A model generated the notes under the pieces. It had not been told where the DNA came from, ran no database searches, and worked only from the letters and a program-made list of their open reading frames with translations. A program made the position numbers and the translations under genes. A stretch of 64,000 bases of DNA from the NCBI RefSeq assembly GCF_035628975.1, contig NZ_DASPIS010000032.1, positions 12,987-76,986 on the forward strand. Reading direction: 5' to 3'. Shown piece by piece: positions 27,001-33,540 of this stretch; the stretch's first letter is position 1, and each line of letters begins with the position of its first letter. Origin of the DNA: Azospirillum sp. (lineage in GTDB: Bacteria > Pseudomonadota > Alphaproteobacteria > Azospirillales > Azospirillaceae).

Positions 27001-29477
27001 TGCTGAGCATGGTGGACGAGGTCACCGGCTGGTGGCCTGAGGGCGGCGCCAGCGGCCTGGGACTGGTGCGCGGCCGGCAGGTGGTCGATCCGGAATCCTG
27101 GTACTTCAAGGCCCATTTCTTCCAGGATCCGGTTCAGCCCGGTTCGCTGGGGGTCGAGGCGCTGCTGCAATTGCTGGAGCGCGCCATGATCCTGGCGGGG
27201 CTGGACAGCGAATTGGACTCGCCGCGCTTCGAAGGGGCCGCTCTGGACCAGACGCTACGCTGGAAGTATCGCGGTCAGGTGGTCCCCACCAACCGGACCG
27301 TCACCACGGAAATCGAGATTGTGCGGATCGAGCGCGACGAGCGCGGCATTCTGGCGGTTGCCCGCGGCAGCCTGTGGGCCGACGATCTGCGCATCTACGA
27401 GGTTGACGGGCTGGCGGCGCGTCTGGTGCCCGGCGGTGGCGGCAATGGCGGCATCCGCCTGGATTTGGACAACGCCCCCTGGCTTGGCGACCATCGCCCG
27501 ACCCATACGGCCCCCGCGGTTCCCCTGACCTGTCTTGCCGACATCATGGCGGCGGCGGTTTCGGGCGAATGCGTCGTCTCCCTTGAGGATGTCCGGGTTC
27601 AGCGCTGGGCGACGGTGCCGGTCACGCTGGTTCCGGAGGTGGAGCCTGACGGCCGCGTGACCTTGCGGGATGGCGGCAACATGCTGGCGACCGGCCGGGT
27701 GATCCGGGCGGACGAGTGGCCGGCGCCGCCGCGGCCGTTCGATCCGCTGGAGGATGCCCGGCCGTCGCCATGCCCCTATGCCGCCGCGGAGCTGTTCCAC
27801 GGCCCGGCCTTCCAGATCCTGAGCGGGCTGCGCACCGGCTCCGGCGGCGCGTCCGCCGATCTGGACGCGGTCAAGGCTGCGCGGGTGCCGGGGCTGATCG
27901 GTCCTGCGCTGCTGGATGCCGGTCTCCATGCCACCCCCCGCCATGCCCCCGAACTCTGGTGGGGGGAACAGGCGGGGGGGATGCTCGCCTATCCCAGCGC
28001 CATCGAGCGGCTGAGCCTTTTCGGCCCGACGCCCTGCGACGGCATGGTCCGCATCGAGGTGCGTGCGCTTCCCCTGGACGCCCAAGGGCGCGCCCGGTCG
28101 CGCCTGCAGTGGATTGCCGAGGGCAGGGTCTGGGCCGAGATGGACCTCGCCGACGTGCTGTTCCCCAAGGGCGCGCTCGGCAAGGCTCCCGCCCTGGCGC
28201 GGCAGGCGTTCCTGCGCGACCGCAAGGCGGCGCCCGGCGTGCGCCTGTCGCGGGCGGAGAGCGGTACGAGCCGCCTCAGCGCCCGCGAGGTCGCGGCGAG
28301 CAACTGGCTGCCCGGAACCCTGGAAAGCCTCTATGGCGTGTCGGGCAACCCCTCCGACATGGCCCACTCCATCGCGGCGAAGGAGCATGCGGCGGCACAG
28401 CTCGGCGTCCATCCGGGGGTGGTGGCGGTCGAGGGCGATGTCGCCCGCTGCCCCGGCGCGCCGCTCAACCCGGTTCCGCTGTCGGTCACGCGCGACGGTG
28501 CCGACTGGGTGGTGACGGGCACGCTCCCCGCCGCTCCCGACATCTTGCCGCTGCGGACCTTCTGGCGCGCCCATCTGGGGACCGGCGACTGGCCGGTGGA
28601 GGACCTGTTCCTGGCGCTGGCCGCCGAATTCGTCGGTCAGGTGCGCGTGGCGGAGCCGAACGGGCTCGCCCGCATCCGCGACCGCGGCGCGCTGTTCCTC
28701 GGAAACCATCAGGTGGCGGTGGAATCGCTGACCTTCACGCTGGCGGCCGCCGCCCTGACCGGCAGGCCGATCCTGACCGTCGCCAAGGCGGAGCATCGCA
28801 ACACGTGGCTTGGCAGCCTGCTGGCCTTGTCCGGCAGCGATTCTGGGCTTCGCCTGCCGCAGATGATGCTGCTGTTCGACCGCGAAGATCCGGCGGCCAT
28901 GCTGGGGCTGATGGAACAGGCGCGCGACGCGGTGAGGCGCGATGGCGTGTCGATCATGGTGCATGCGGAGGGCACGCGGTCGCTGTCCTGCCGGACCCCG
29001 GTGTCCCGGCTGTCCGGGGTGTTCCTGGATCTGGCGGCGAGGCTGGAGGTTCCCATCGTGCCGGTCCGCTTCGCCGGCGCCCTGCCGGTCGATCCCGCGC
29101 CGGAGCGGCTGGAGTTCCCGCTGGGCTTCGCTCGTCAGGACATCCATATCGGTCGCCCGCTGTGGCCGGAGGAGTTGGCGAGCCTGCCCCTGGCGGAGCG
29201 CAAGAGGGCCGTCCTCGACGCCATCAACGGGACTGGCCCATCGCTGGCCGGCGAGGGTCCCAACGAGCCGCGCCCGGACTTCGAAGCGGCGGCGATGGCC
29301 ATGGCGGCAACGCGCGGACTCAGCCTGCCCCGCGCGGCGACGCTCCAGGCGGTGTTGAACGCGATCCCAAGCGATCGTCCGCTCGCCCGTCTCGCCCGCA
29401 GCATCGCGGCGGGGGAGGGAGCGGAGGAGGTCGACCCGTGGCTGTCCGCCCTGGCCGGCTGGTTTCGAACTCAGTAG
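21009..29477 (+). CDS. pfaC: Pfa3 (PfaB/C-like) PKS: KS-CLF-AT-(DH'-DH)x2-PKS-type DH-acyltransferase (AGPAT-like)
   Basis: KS DAACASS / ECHATGT / KSNLGH; CLF lacking Cys (SAEELS); AT GLSSG; FabA-type HFKNDPCMPG and HFFQDPVQPG; PKS-DH WLGDH..P, LFHGPAFQ, LLDAGLH; LPLAT NHQVAVES and EGTRS; ATGA overlap with the pfaA stop. Confidence 0.92.
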   Translation: MSRFPPIAVIGHGCVLPGALSPAELWQAVVEGRDLLRPVPPGVWRVDTAKALSPEAPERSATDKGGYVQGFDAIFDPNGFACPAEELAGLDPLVLWLVHSGREALREAGLNIAPGGRCGLIAGNLSYPTASLSAFAESVWLDREGPKPANRFSSGLPAQLAARALGLQGPAFCLDAACASSLYAVKLACDQLHDGTADLMIAAGVNRGDDLFLHMGFTALNALSPTGRSRPFHREADGLIPAEGAACVVLKRMDDAVRDGDRILGVIRGIGLSNDGRSRGFLVPDAGGQERAMADAYAQAGFAPEAVSLVECHATGTALGDATEIASMGRIFAGLRDVPIGSLKSNLGHLIAAAGLAGMVKVIQAMAAGIRPPTLHADAAPLDGIGASPFRLLDRAEPWEVDGPRRAGISAFGFGGNNAHLVLEEWHPATVSVPVVAPPPPLRVAVVGLSVATAADDFAAALAAPPSGDGPRVLDSITLDLATIRVPPADLQHALPQQLLAMKAVARAVADAPALPAATTGVLMGMGCDAQVARRGLGVRLADLCGPDASVDLGPPLNAAGVIGTMPNIVANRFNAQFDWRGPSYSVSAEELSGLAGLRIAARALVTGELDAAVVGAVDLSCEPVHRSALAALRPDLATPGDAAVVLVLRRVECAEAAGEPIHAILDLSSATDSAEAEFTIAGPQGASPVTSRFGHAHAASGLLHVAAAVVACSGRMKPGDGAAQPWLDAGRLRARVSVVALGGATDGLLVESGDVSEPAVPPPDTRLHWFAAASRAELCARIRRGEDGGQGPVRLAFACPAGKEADTLARALALAEGREATADGIQFRERPLGGRLALVFTGAAAAYEGMGRELFLSIPDVGRSVTARFPILAHAAERLYGSAEPLDAMAQLQTCALICQTHAEVSRSVLGLRPAAVMGLSSGETNALFAAGIWSDMGAMFAEIDASGIYGRHLTGDCLAAARVWGQADAADWRNWRLLAPIEEVEAALAGLPRVSITIVNAPQDCVIGGDADSCRQAIARIGAHRALPLGQDMVVHCAEMAPCAPVWRRIHSRETTPPECIAVYANAFGEAYRPSEELCAEALTRQAMEKVDFPRTIRRAHDDGVRIFVEHGPRNALTRSIAATLADREHLAVSLDHPGRAPLEQLAHVAAELFAAGQEPAMAEVARRLERRTAPPPAQPLTFAAHAAPVAVALGQPMPPAPPLPPVADLPPPDLAARRPLDEAPEPEPVIADVHRPAAPGVSTRAPVPPSDSPIARILARTAELHTGYLKTASDLHRSYLQGFGVATVTALPLPPAPPLPPAHAQTSFALTRQADLWSAESGERVGVRGMHGVDSRDTAAALPPHPNPLPGGERASSPPGRPLWDRAQLEILASGKVSDIFGPLFAQQDGYARQVRMPEPPLLLVDRVISITGEPGSMGLGSIVTETDVTADSWYLHNDRMPVGLAIESGQADLLLISWLGADFRNRGERVYRLLGCEMTYHEGGLPRVGDTLRYDIHIDGHARMGEVGLFFFHYDCRIGDRLVLSVRNGQAGFFTDQELANSGGVLWSAEEDRPRDGARLDPLPCPSRHRAFTAEQLDLWTAGRAFACFGEGFELAGSHQRTPAIPQGRMRLIDSVTAFQPQGGPWGRGYLRAESHVPADAWFYAGHFKNDPCMPGTLMAEGAVQAVATFMAAGGFTIGRDSWRFEPVPDEPARFVCRGQVVPDAAHHLVYEVFVEEIEDGPTPIVRAALLCSADGFKVFHCRAFAVRMVPDWPLGHGRHALPALAEAPRIVGTRGDVRGDYEALLACAWGAPSLAFGSMYARFDAGRVPRLPGLPYHFMSSVVSVNCPAGEPTVGGTLLVDYEVKPEAWYFARNAAPVMPFCVLMEVLLQPCGWLASYMGFALASTEDLAIRNLDGDAARVLAEVTPADARVRTEATLTRFSRAGGITLIAFKVRAWVDDRPLMELETSFGFFASAALAKQNGLPPLPADDARGIPPAMPVVEPRGAKLADGMLSMVDEVTGWWPEGGASGLGLVRGRQVVDPESWYFKAHFFQDPVQPGSLGVEALLQLLERAMILAGLDSELDSPRFEGAALDQTLRWKYRGQVVPTNRTVTTEIEIVRIERDERGILAVARGSLWADDLRIYEVDGLAARLVPGGGGNGGIRLDLDNAPWLGDHRPTHTAPAVPLTCLADIMAAAVSGECVVSLEDVRVQRWATVPVTLVPEVEPDGRVTLRDGGNMLATGRVIRADEWPAPPRPFDPLEDARPSPCPYAAAELFHGPAFQILSGLRTGSGGASADLDAVKAARVPGLIGPALLDAGLHATPRHAPELWWGEQAGGMLAYPSAIERLSLFGPTPCDGMVRIEVRALPLDAQGRARSRLQWIAEGRVWAEMDLADVLFPKGALGKAPALARQAFLRDRKAAPGVRLSRAESGTSRLSAREVAASNWLPGTLESLYGVSGNPSDMAHSIAAKEHAAAQLGVHPGVVAVEGDVARCPGAPLNPVPLSVTRDGADWVVTGTLPAAPDILPLRTFWRAHLGTGDWPVEDLFLALAAEFVGQVRVAEPNGLARIRDRGALFLGNHQVAVESLTFTLAAAALTGRPILTVAKAEHRNTWLGSLLALSGSDSGLRLPQMMLLFDREDPAAMLGLMEQARDAVRRDGVSIMVHAEGTRSLSCRTPVSRLSGVFLDLAARLEVPIVPVRFAGALPVDPAPERLEFPLGFARQDIHIGRPLWPEELASLPLAERKRAVLDAINGTGPSLAGEGPNEPRPDFEAAAMAMAATRGLSLPRAATLQAVLNAIPSDRPLARLARSIAAGEGAEEVDPWLSALAGWFRTQ
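24886..25081 (-). repeat. Palindromic repeat copy 2, in frame inside pfa3
   Basis: Reverse complement aligns with 1402-1569; contains gcgcaaacttcgtttgcgc (24927-24945) and cccctcaccctaaccctctcccc..gggagaggg. Confidence 0.85.
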
Positions 29478-30658
29478 ATGGGGATGCCCACGATCATCAG
29501 GCCGAAGACGCCGAGGATGGCGTGGGACACGCTGCTGCCGACCAGCGATCCCTGGCGGGCGAAGATCCAGCCCCAATAGAGGCCGATGGGGAACACCGCC
29601 AGGGCAAGGCCGATCGACACATGCAGGTGGGTGGCGCTGAACAGCATGTTCGACAGGACGATGGCTTCCGCCGTCTTGTATTTGCTGGTCAGGAAAAGCT
29701 GAAAGGATGCCTGGGTGCCGCGGGCGATGGTTTCCTGGATCGGCGTGAAGGCGCAATAGGCGCTGCCGTAGAGAAGGATTTCGCCCAGCGACAGCCCGGT
29801 GGACCGCGCGAAGTCGAACACCGGCTGCCCTTGCAGGGACGGGATCATCGTCACGCCGATCCATTTGAGCGTGACGATCAGCAGGGCGATGGGGATGGAC
29901 AGCACCACGCCTTCCAGCGCGTTGCGCCGCCAGTTCTTCAGGGTGAAGCCATAGGCGCTGGGCGGCCAGGGGCTGGTCTTGACGGTGCGGTACACGCCGA
30001 AGGCGAAGGCGGTCAGAATGGGCAGGCTGATGAGGGAGGTGTCTGGAACCACCTTGCTGAGCGCCGTGGTGACGCCCAACGCGAACATGTAGAAGCAGAG
30101 GCCGACCAGCAGGCGAAAGATGAACTTGCTCATCTCCACGCGGTTCTCGGCCTCGTTCAGCTGACGGCGCAGGGTCTGGACCGTCACCTCGTTGGTGCGG
30201 CGCAGGCGCGCGGCCAGCTCATAGGCCAGATTGATCTTGAGACGCCCATCCACGCCGAGTTGGCGGTCGGGATGCTCCTGCAGGCGGGAGAGCGGGACGG
30301 CGATGACCTCGCTGTCCTCGGCGGCGCGGACGGCGCCGGAGCGCGGGCCGCTGTCGAGCAGCGACACCTCGCCGATGGACTGGCCCGCCGTCAGCAGGGC
30401 GAGGCGATGGCGGACGTCGCTGCCCTCCTCGCGCTTCAGGACCTCGAAGCTGCCGGAGAGAATGAAGAAGAGCGCGTCGCCGGGATCGCCCTCTTCGAAC
30501 AGAAGCTGGCCCTGGGGGATCTTGCGGGGGCCGTCCACGACGGCGGCCAGCTGCCGGATGTTCTCGTCCGAGAAGCCATTCAGAAGAGGCGCGCTCCTCA
30601 GACGCTCGTCGATTTCCAGATGCCGCGCATCCGACGGCGCGCCACCGACAACGTCCAT
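29471..30658 (-). CDS. Cyclic-nucleotide-binding domain fused to a CPBP (CAAX protease/Abi)-family membrane domain
   Basis: LFEEGDPGDALFFILSG...IGEVSLLDSGPRSG; multiple TM segments; QETIARG, FSATH, HAILG. Confidence 0.82.
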   Translation of the reverse strand: MDVVGGAPSDARHLEIDERLRSAPLLNGFSDENIRQLAAVVDGPRKIPQGQLLFEEGDPGDALFFILSGSFEVLKREEGSDVRHRLALLTAGQSIGEVSLLDSGPRSGAVRAAEDSEVIAVPLSRLQEHPDRQLGVDGRLKINLAYELAARLRRTNEVTVQTLRRQLNEAENRVEMSKFIFRLLVGLCFYMFALGVTTALSKVVPDTSLISLPILTAFAFGVYRTVKTSPWPPSAYGFTLKNWRRNALEGVVLSIPIALLIVTLKWIGVTMIPSLQGQPVFDFARSTGLSLGEILLYGSAYCAFTPIQETIARGTQASFQLFLTSKYKTAEAIVLSNMLFSATHLHVSIGLALAVFPIGLYWGWIFARQGSLVGSSVSHAILGVFGLMIVGIPIY

Positions 30659-30745
30659 CTCATCCCCCTCGCCAGAAAAGCGCGGGCACCTTAGCGCAAG
30701 GGAGAAAGGGTTAGAAGTGACATGAGAAATCGGGACGCGCCCGGC

Positions 30746-31780
30746 TCACACGACGCAGAGGCAGGCACCCTCCTGGTCCATGGCGATGGAATCGACGGCG
30801 ACCGGCAGTTTCTGCGCCTTCTCCGGCATCTTGGGCCGGTGGGCCTCGCCGCGGCAGGCATCGATCGGCACATCCTCCCCCTGCATCAGCGGGCAGCGTT
30901 CGAAGATTTCCGCCACCCAGTCGACGAAGACCCGCACTTTGGGCGAGAGGTGGCGGTTCTGCGGATAGAGGGCGGAGATCGGCATCAGGGCCGGGCGCCA
31001 ATCCGGCAGGATTTCCACCAGGGCGCCACTGCGCAGGTGGGGCAGGGCCATGAAGCGGGCGGGCTGGATGATGCCCAGCCCTTCCACCCCGCAGGTTACG
31101 TAGGCGTCGGCGTCGTTGACGGAGACGGTGCCGGACATCTTCACCTCGCGCTCCACCCCGTCGCGCTCGAAGCTGGGCTCGTGGACCTTGCCGGTCCGGG
31201 TGAAATACTTGACGGCGACGTGGCATTGCAGCTCGTCCAGCGTCTTCGGCGTGCCATGGGCGGCGAGATAGGACGGGCTGGCGCAGGTCACGGAGCGGAA
31301 GGCGCCGACCCGCCGGGCGATCAGGCTGGAATCCTGAAGCTCGCCGACGCGCAGGACGCAGTCCACTCCCTCCTGGATCAGGTCGATGGGCCGGTCGCTG
31401 AGGCCCAGCATCAGTTCGATGTCGGGATAGGCGCTGTGGAACTCGTGGATCGCCGGGATGATGACCAGCCGGCCGATGGAGCCCGGCATGTCCACGCGCA
31501 GCCGGCCGCGCGGCGTCTTGCGCGCGCTGGTGAAGGAGGATTCGACCTCCTCCAACTCCTGCAGAATGCGGGTGGCGCCCTCCAGATAGGCGGCGCCGTC
31601 CAGCGTCAGGTTCAGCTTGCGCGTCGTCCGCTGCAGAAGCCGGACGCCCAGCGACGCCTCCAGGTTCTGGATGGTGGTGGTGACGGAGGCGCGCGGCAGG
31701 CCCAGCGTGTCGGCCGCCTTGGTGAAGCTGTTGGCCTCCACAACCCGAACGAAGACGCGCATCGCGTGAAGCTTGTCCAT
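30746..31780 (-). CDS. LysR-family transcriptional regulator
   Basis: MDKLHAMRVFVRVVEANSFTKAA, LLQRTTRKLNLT, DLIQEGVDCVLRVG. Confidence 0.92.
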   Translation of the reverse strand: MDKLHAMRVFVRVVEANSFTKAADTLGLPRASVTTTIQNLEASLGVRLLQRTTRKLNLTLDGAAYLEGATRILQELEEVESSFTSARKTPRGRLRVDMPGSIGRLVIIPAIHEFHSAYPDIELMLGLSDRPIDLIQEGVDCVLRVGELQDSSLIARRVGAFRSVTCASPSYLAAHGTPKTLDELQCHVAVKYFTRTGKVHEPSFERDGVEREVKMSGTVSVNDADAYVTCGVEGLGIIQPARFMALPHLRSGALVEILPDWRPALMPISALYPQNRHLSPKVRVFVDWVAEIFERCPLMQGEDVPIDACRGEAHRPKMPEKAQKLPVAVDSIAMDQEGACLCVV

Positions 31781-31835
31781 GGCCGTCCTGTCCCGCCCTG
31801 CGTCGGCACCGCTCCCGGGCATGGGTGGTGCCGTT

Positions 31836-31858
31836 GGTTGAATAGGCGCTATTTAACC
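31836..31858. promoter_or_regulatory. Candidate operator upstream of lysR
   Basis: ggttgaatag-gcg-ctatttaacc: 10-bp arms with one mismatch, contains T-N11-A. Confidence 0.4.
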
Positions 31859-31923
31859 ACGACGCGCGCCGCTGTCGATCATTCGGACGGACATGGCTGG
31901 ACCGATGGGACCGGCAGGGACCG

Positions 31924-32415
31924 CTACGGTTCGCTGTAGCTGGTGGGGATGATGCGCAGATCGAAACGGGCTGGGTCCTGCTGGAAGATCAGGCCGCCGA
32001 AGCGTTCGGAGTAGGGCGGGAGATAGTCGAACTCGGCCTCCACCGCTTCGACCACGCGGTCGCCGGACCGCAGCTCGCCACGCACACGCAGGGTGGCGGC
32101 GGTGGCGGTGGTGCGGTTGCGGATCTGGAAACGGACGGTGTGGCCATGGCCGCCGGCCTGGGTCTCCACCACGGTGATGTCGATCCGGCCGGGCACTTCA
32201 CCTTCCTCCCGAAGGCCGTACTGCACCATGTAGGCGATCATGGCGGCGATCAGCAGGGCGCCGATTCCCGCCGCCACCCATTCCAGGGGGGAGGTCGGCG
32301 CTGCACGCTCCGCCTCGGTACTGTTCTTGTCCCGGTCCGCCTTTTGCGGTGAAGGCCGGGTCTGCTCCGTCACGGCGTCCTTGCGCAGGGGTGCCGGTCC
32401 GACTTGCGGGGTCAT
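31924..32415 (-). CDS. TIGR02588 family protein
   Basis: LEWVAAGIGALL TM segment, VRNR-like IRNR..ATA, FDYLP, GGLIFQQDP; follows TIGR02587. Confidence 0.75.
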   Translation of the reverse strand: MTPQVGPAPLRKDAVTEQTRPSPQKADRDKNSTEAERAAPTSPLEWVAAGIGALLIAAMIAYMVQYGLREEGEVPGRIDITVVETQAGGHGHTVRFQIRNRTTATAATLRVRGELRSGDRVVEAVEAEFDYLPPYSERFGGLIFQQDPARFDLRIIPTSYSEP

Positions 32416-32435
32416 GGTGGTGCCCTTCCTTCCGG

Positions 32436-33302
32436 TCACAGGATCAGCCGGGCGGACGCCGCGCCGATGGCGCAGGGGAAGCCCAGGACGACGGTGGCGC
32501 TGATGATCTCGGCCAGTCCCGTGCCGTCGGTCCGGCCGAAGGTCCACAGCAGGTAGAGGCAGATCGACAGCACGATGACGTAGCCGACGACGGTGAAGCG
32601 CAGGAACAAACTCCAGAACCCCACGCCGCCGGGCGGCTTCGACCCGCCGGGCAGCTCCACCGCATAGACGAAGGCGTGCATCAGGACGAGCGACAGCAGC
32701 AGAAGCGCGATCTCCCGCCACGGGTCCATCATGTAGGACAGCAGGACCATCTCCTCCGTCGGGGCGACGTTGAGGCCGAGGAAGAGCGCGCCGACGCCCA
32801 TCAGGAACAGTTCCTGCCCGTATGTCATGGAATCCTGGCGTTGCGTGCTCTCGGCCGTCTTCTCGCCCAGCTGGTCGCGGGCCAGCATGGCGCCGATGGC
32901 GGCGGGGAAGCTCTGCAGCGCGATCTTGCCGATCAGCTCGCGCGCGGGCATGTCGAAGGTCAGGACCTTGAAAATGCCGAGGATGACAGCCGACATCGTC
33001 ACCGCCACCGCGATGGCGACGAAGGCATCGGCGATGTCGTCGCGCAGGCTGGCGTTGGTCTTGAAGCCGCTGACCACCGACAGGCCGATCAGCAGCGGGA
33101 TCAGCAGGACCAGAAGCAGCACCAGCCGCCAGGGCGTCATGGTGAAGCCGATCCACCACATCTCCATCGTCATCAGCATCGGCAGCGAGAAGATCAGCGC
33201 CCCGGCGAACGCGCGCGCCAGCCCGACCAGGAAGGAGCGGTTGTCCTCGTAAGTGGGCCTTTCCGGTGTGGCGGCGTCCGGCCGGCCGGCATCGGCTGTC
33301 AT
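32436..33302 (-). CDS. TIGR02587 family integral membrane protein
   Basis: GLARAFAGALIFSLPMLMTMEMWW, APTEEM, LGFPCAIGAASARLIL. Confidence 0.85.
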   Translation of the reverse strand: MTADAGRPDAATPERPTYEDNRSFLVGLARAFAGALIFSLPMLMTMEMWWIGFTMTPWRLVLLLVLLIPLLIGLSVVSGFKTNASLRDDIADAFVAIAVAVTMSAVILGIFKVLTFDMPARELIGKIALQSFPAAIGAMLARDQLGEKTAESTQRQDSMTYGQELFLMGVGALFLGLNVAPTEEMVLLSYMMDPWREIALLLLSLVLMHAFVYAVELPGGSKPPGGVGFWSLFLRFTVVGYVIVLSICLYLLWTFGRTDGTGLAEIISATVVLGFPCAIGAASARLIL

Positions 33303-33347
33303 GCATCGTCTCCCCAACCCCGCCGCACGGTCGTCGCGGCCCGCATT

Positions 33348-33445
33348 CCAGGGTCAACGCTTACGGCCACGCACAGGTTTCCGCGCCGCCCAAAGGAAGA
33401 TGAGGTGCCGAGGAAACCGCCGAGCCTCTGCTGTGTTGACCCTGG
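33348..33445. promoter_or_regulatory. Back-to-back mirror motifs GGAAACC-N16/17-GTTGACCCTGG; candidate divergent ECF-sigma promoters
   Basis: Minus strand 33382-33348 and plus strand 33412-33445 share both boxes exactly. Confidence 0.55.
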
Positions 33446-33506
33446 TGGGAACCTGGGGGTGGGAACCTGGGGGTGGGGAAATCGGGGTGGGAAATGGGGC
33501 GAGGGG
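33446..33506 (+). repeat. G-rich 14-bp tandem repeat (tgggaacctggggg x2 plus degenerate copies)
   Basis: Exact copies at 33446-33459 and 33460-33473, then tggggaaatcgggg and tgggaaatgggg. Confidence 0.75.
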
Positions 33507-33540
33507 CGATGAGCCTCCCCCGTTGACGGGAGGAGGTGGC

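Noticed and set aside
27716-30694. 992-aa plus-strand ORF spanning the pfa3 end and the cNMP-CPBP gene
   Set aside because: Alternative-frame/antisense shadow with no motifs.
33446-33506. G-rich repeats as a CRISPR array
   Set aside because: No unique spacers, the unit is too short, and there are no cas genes.
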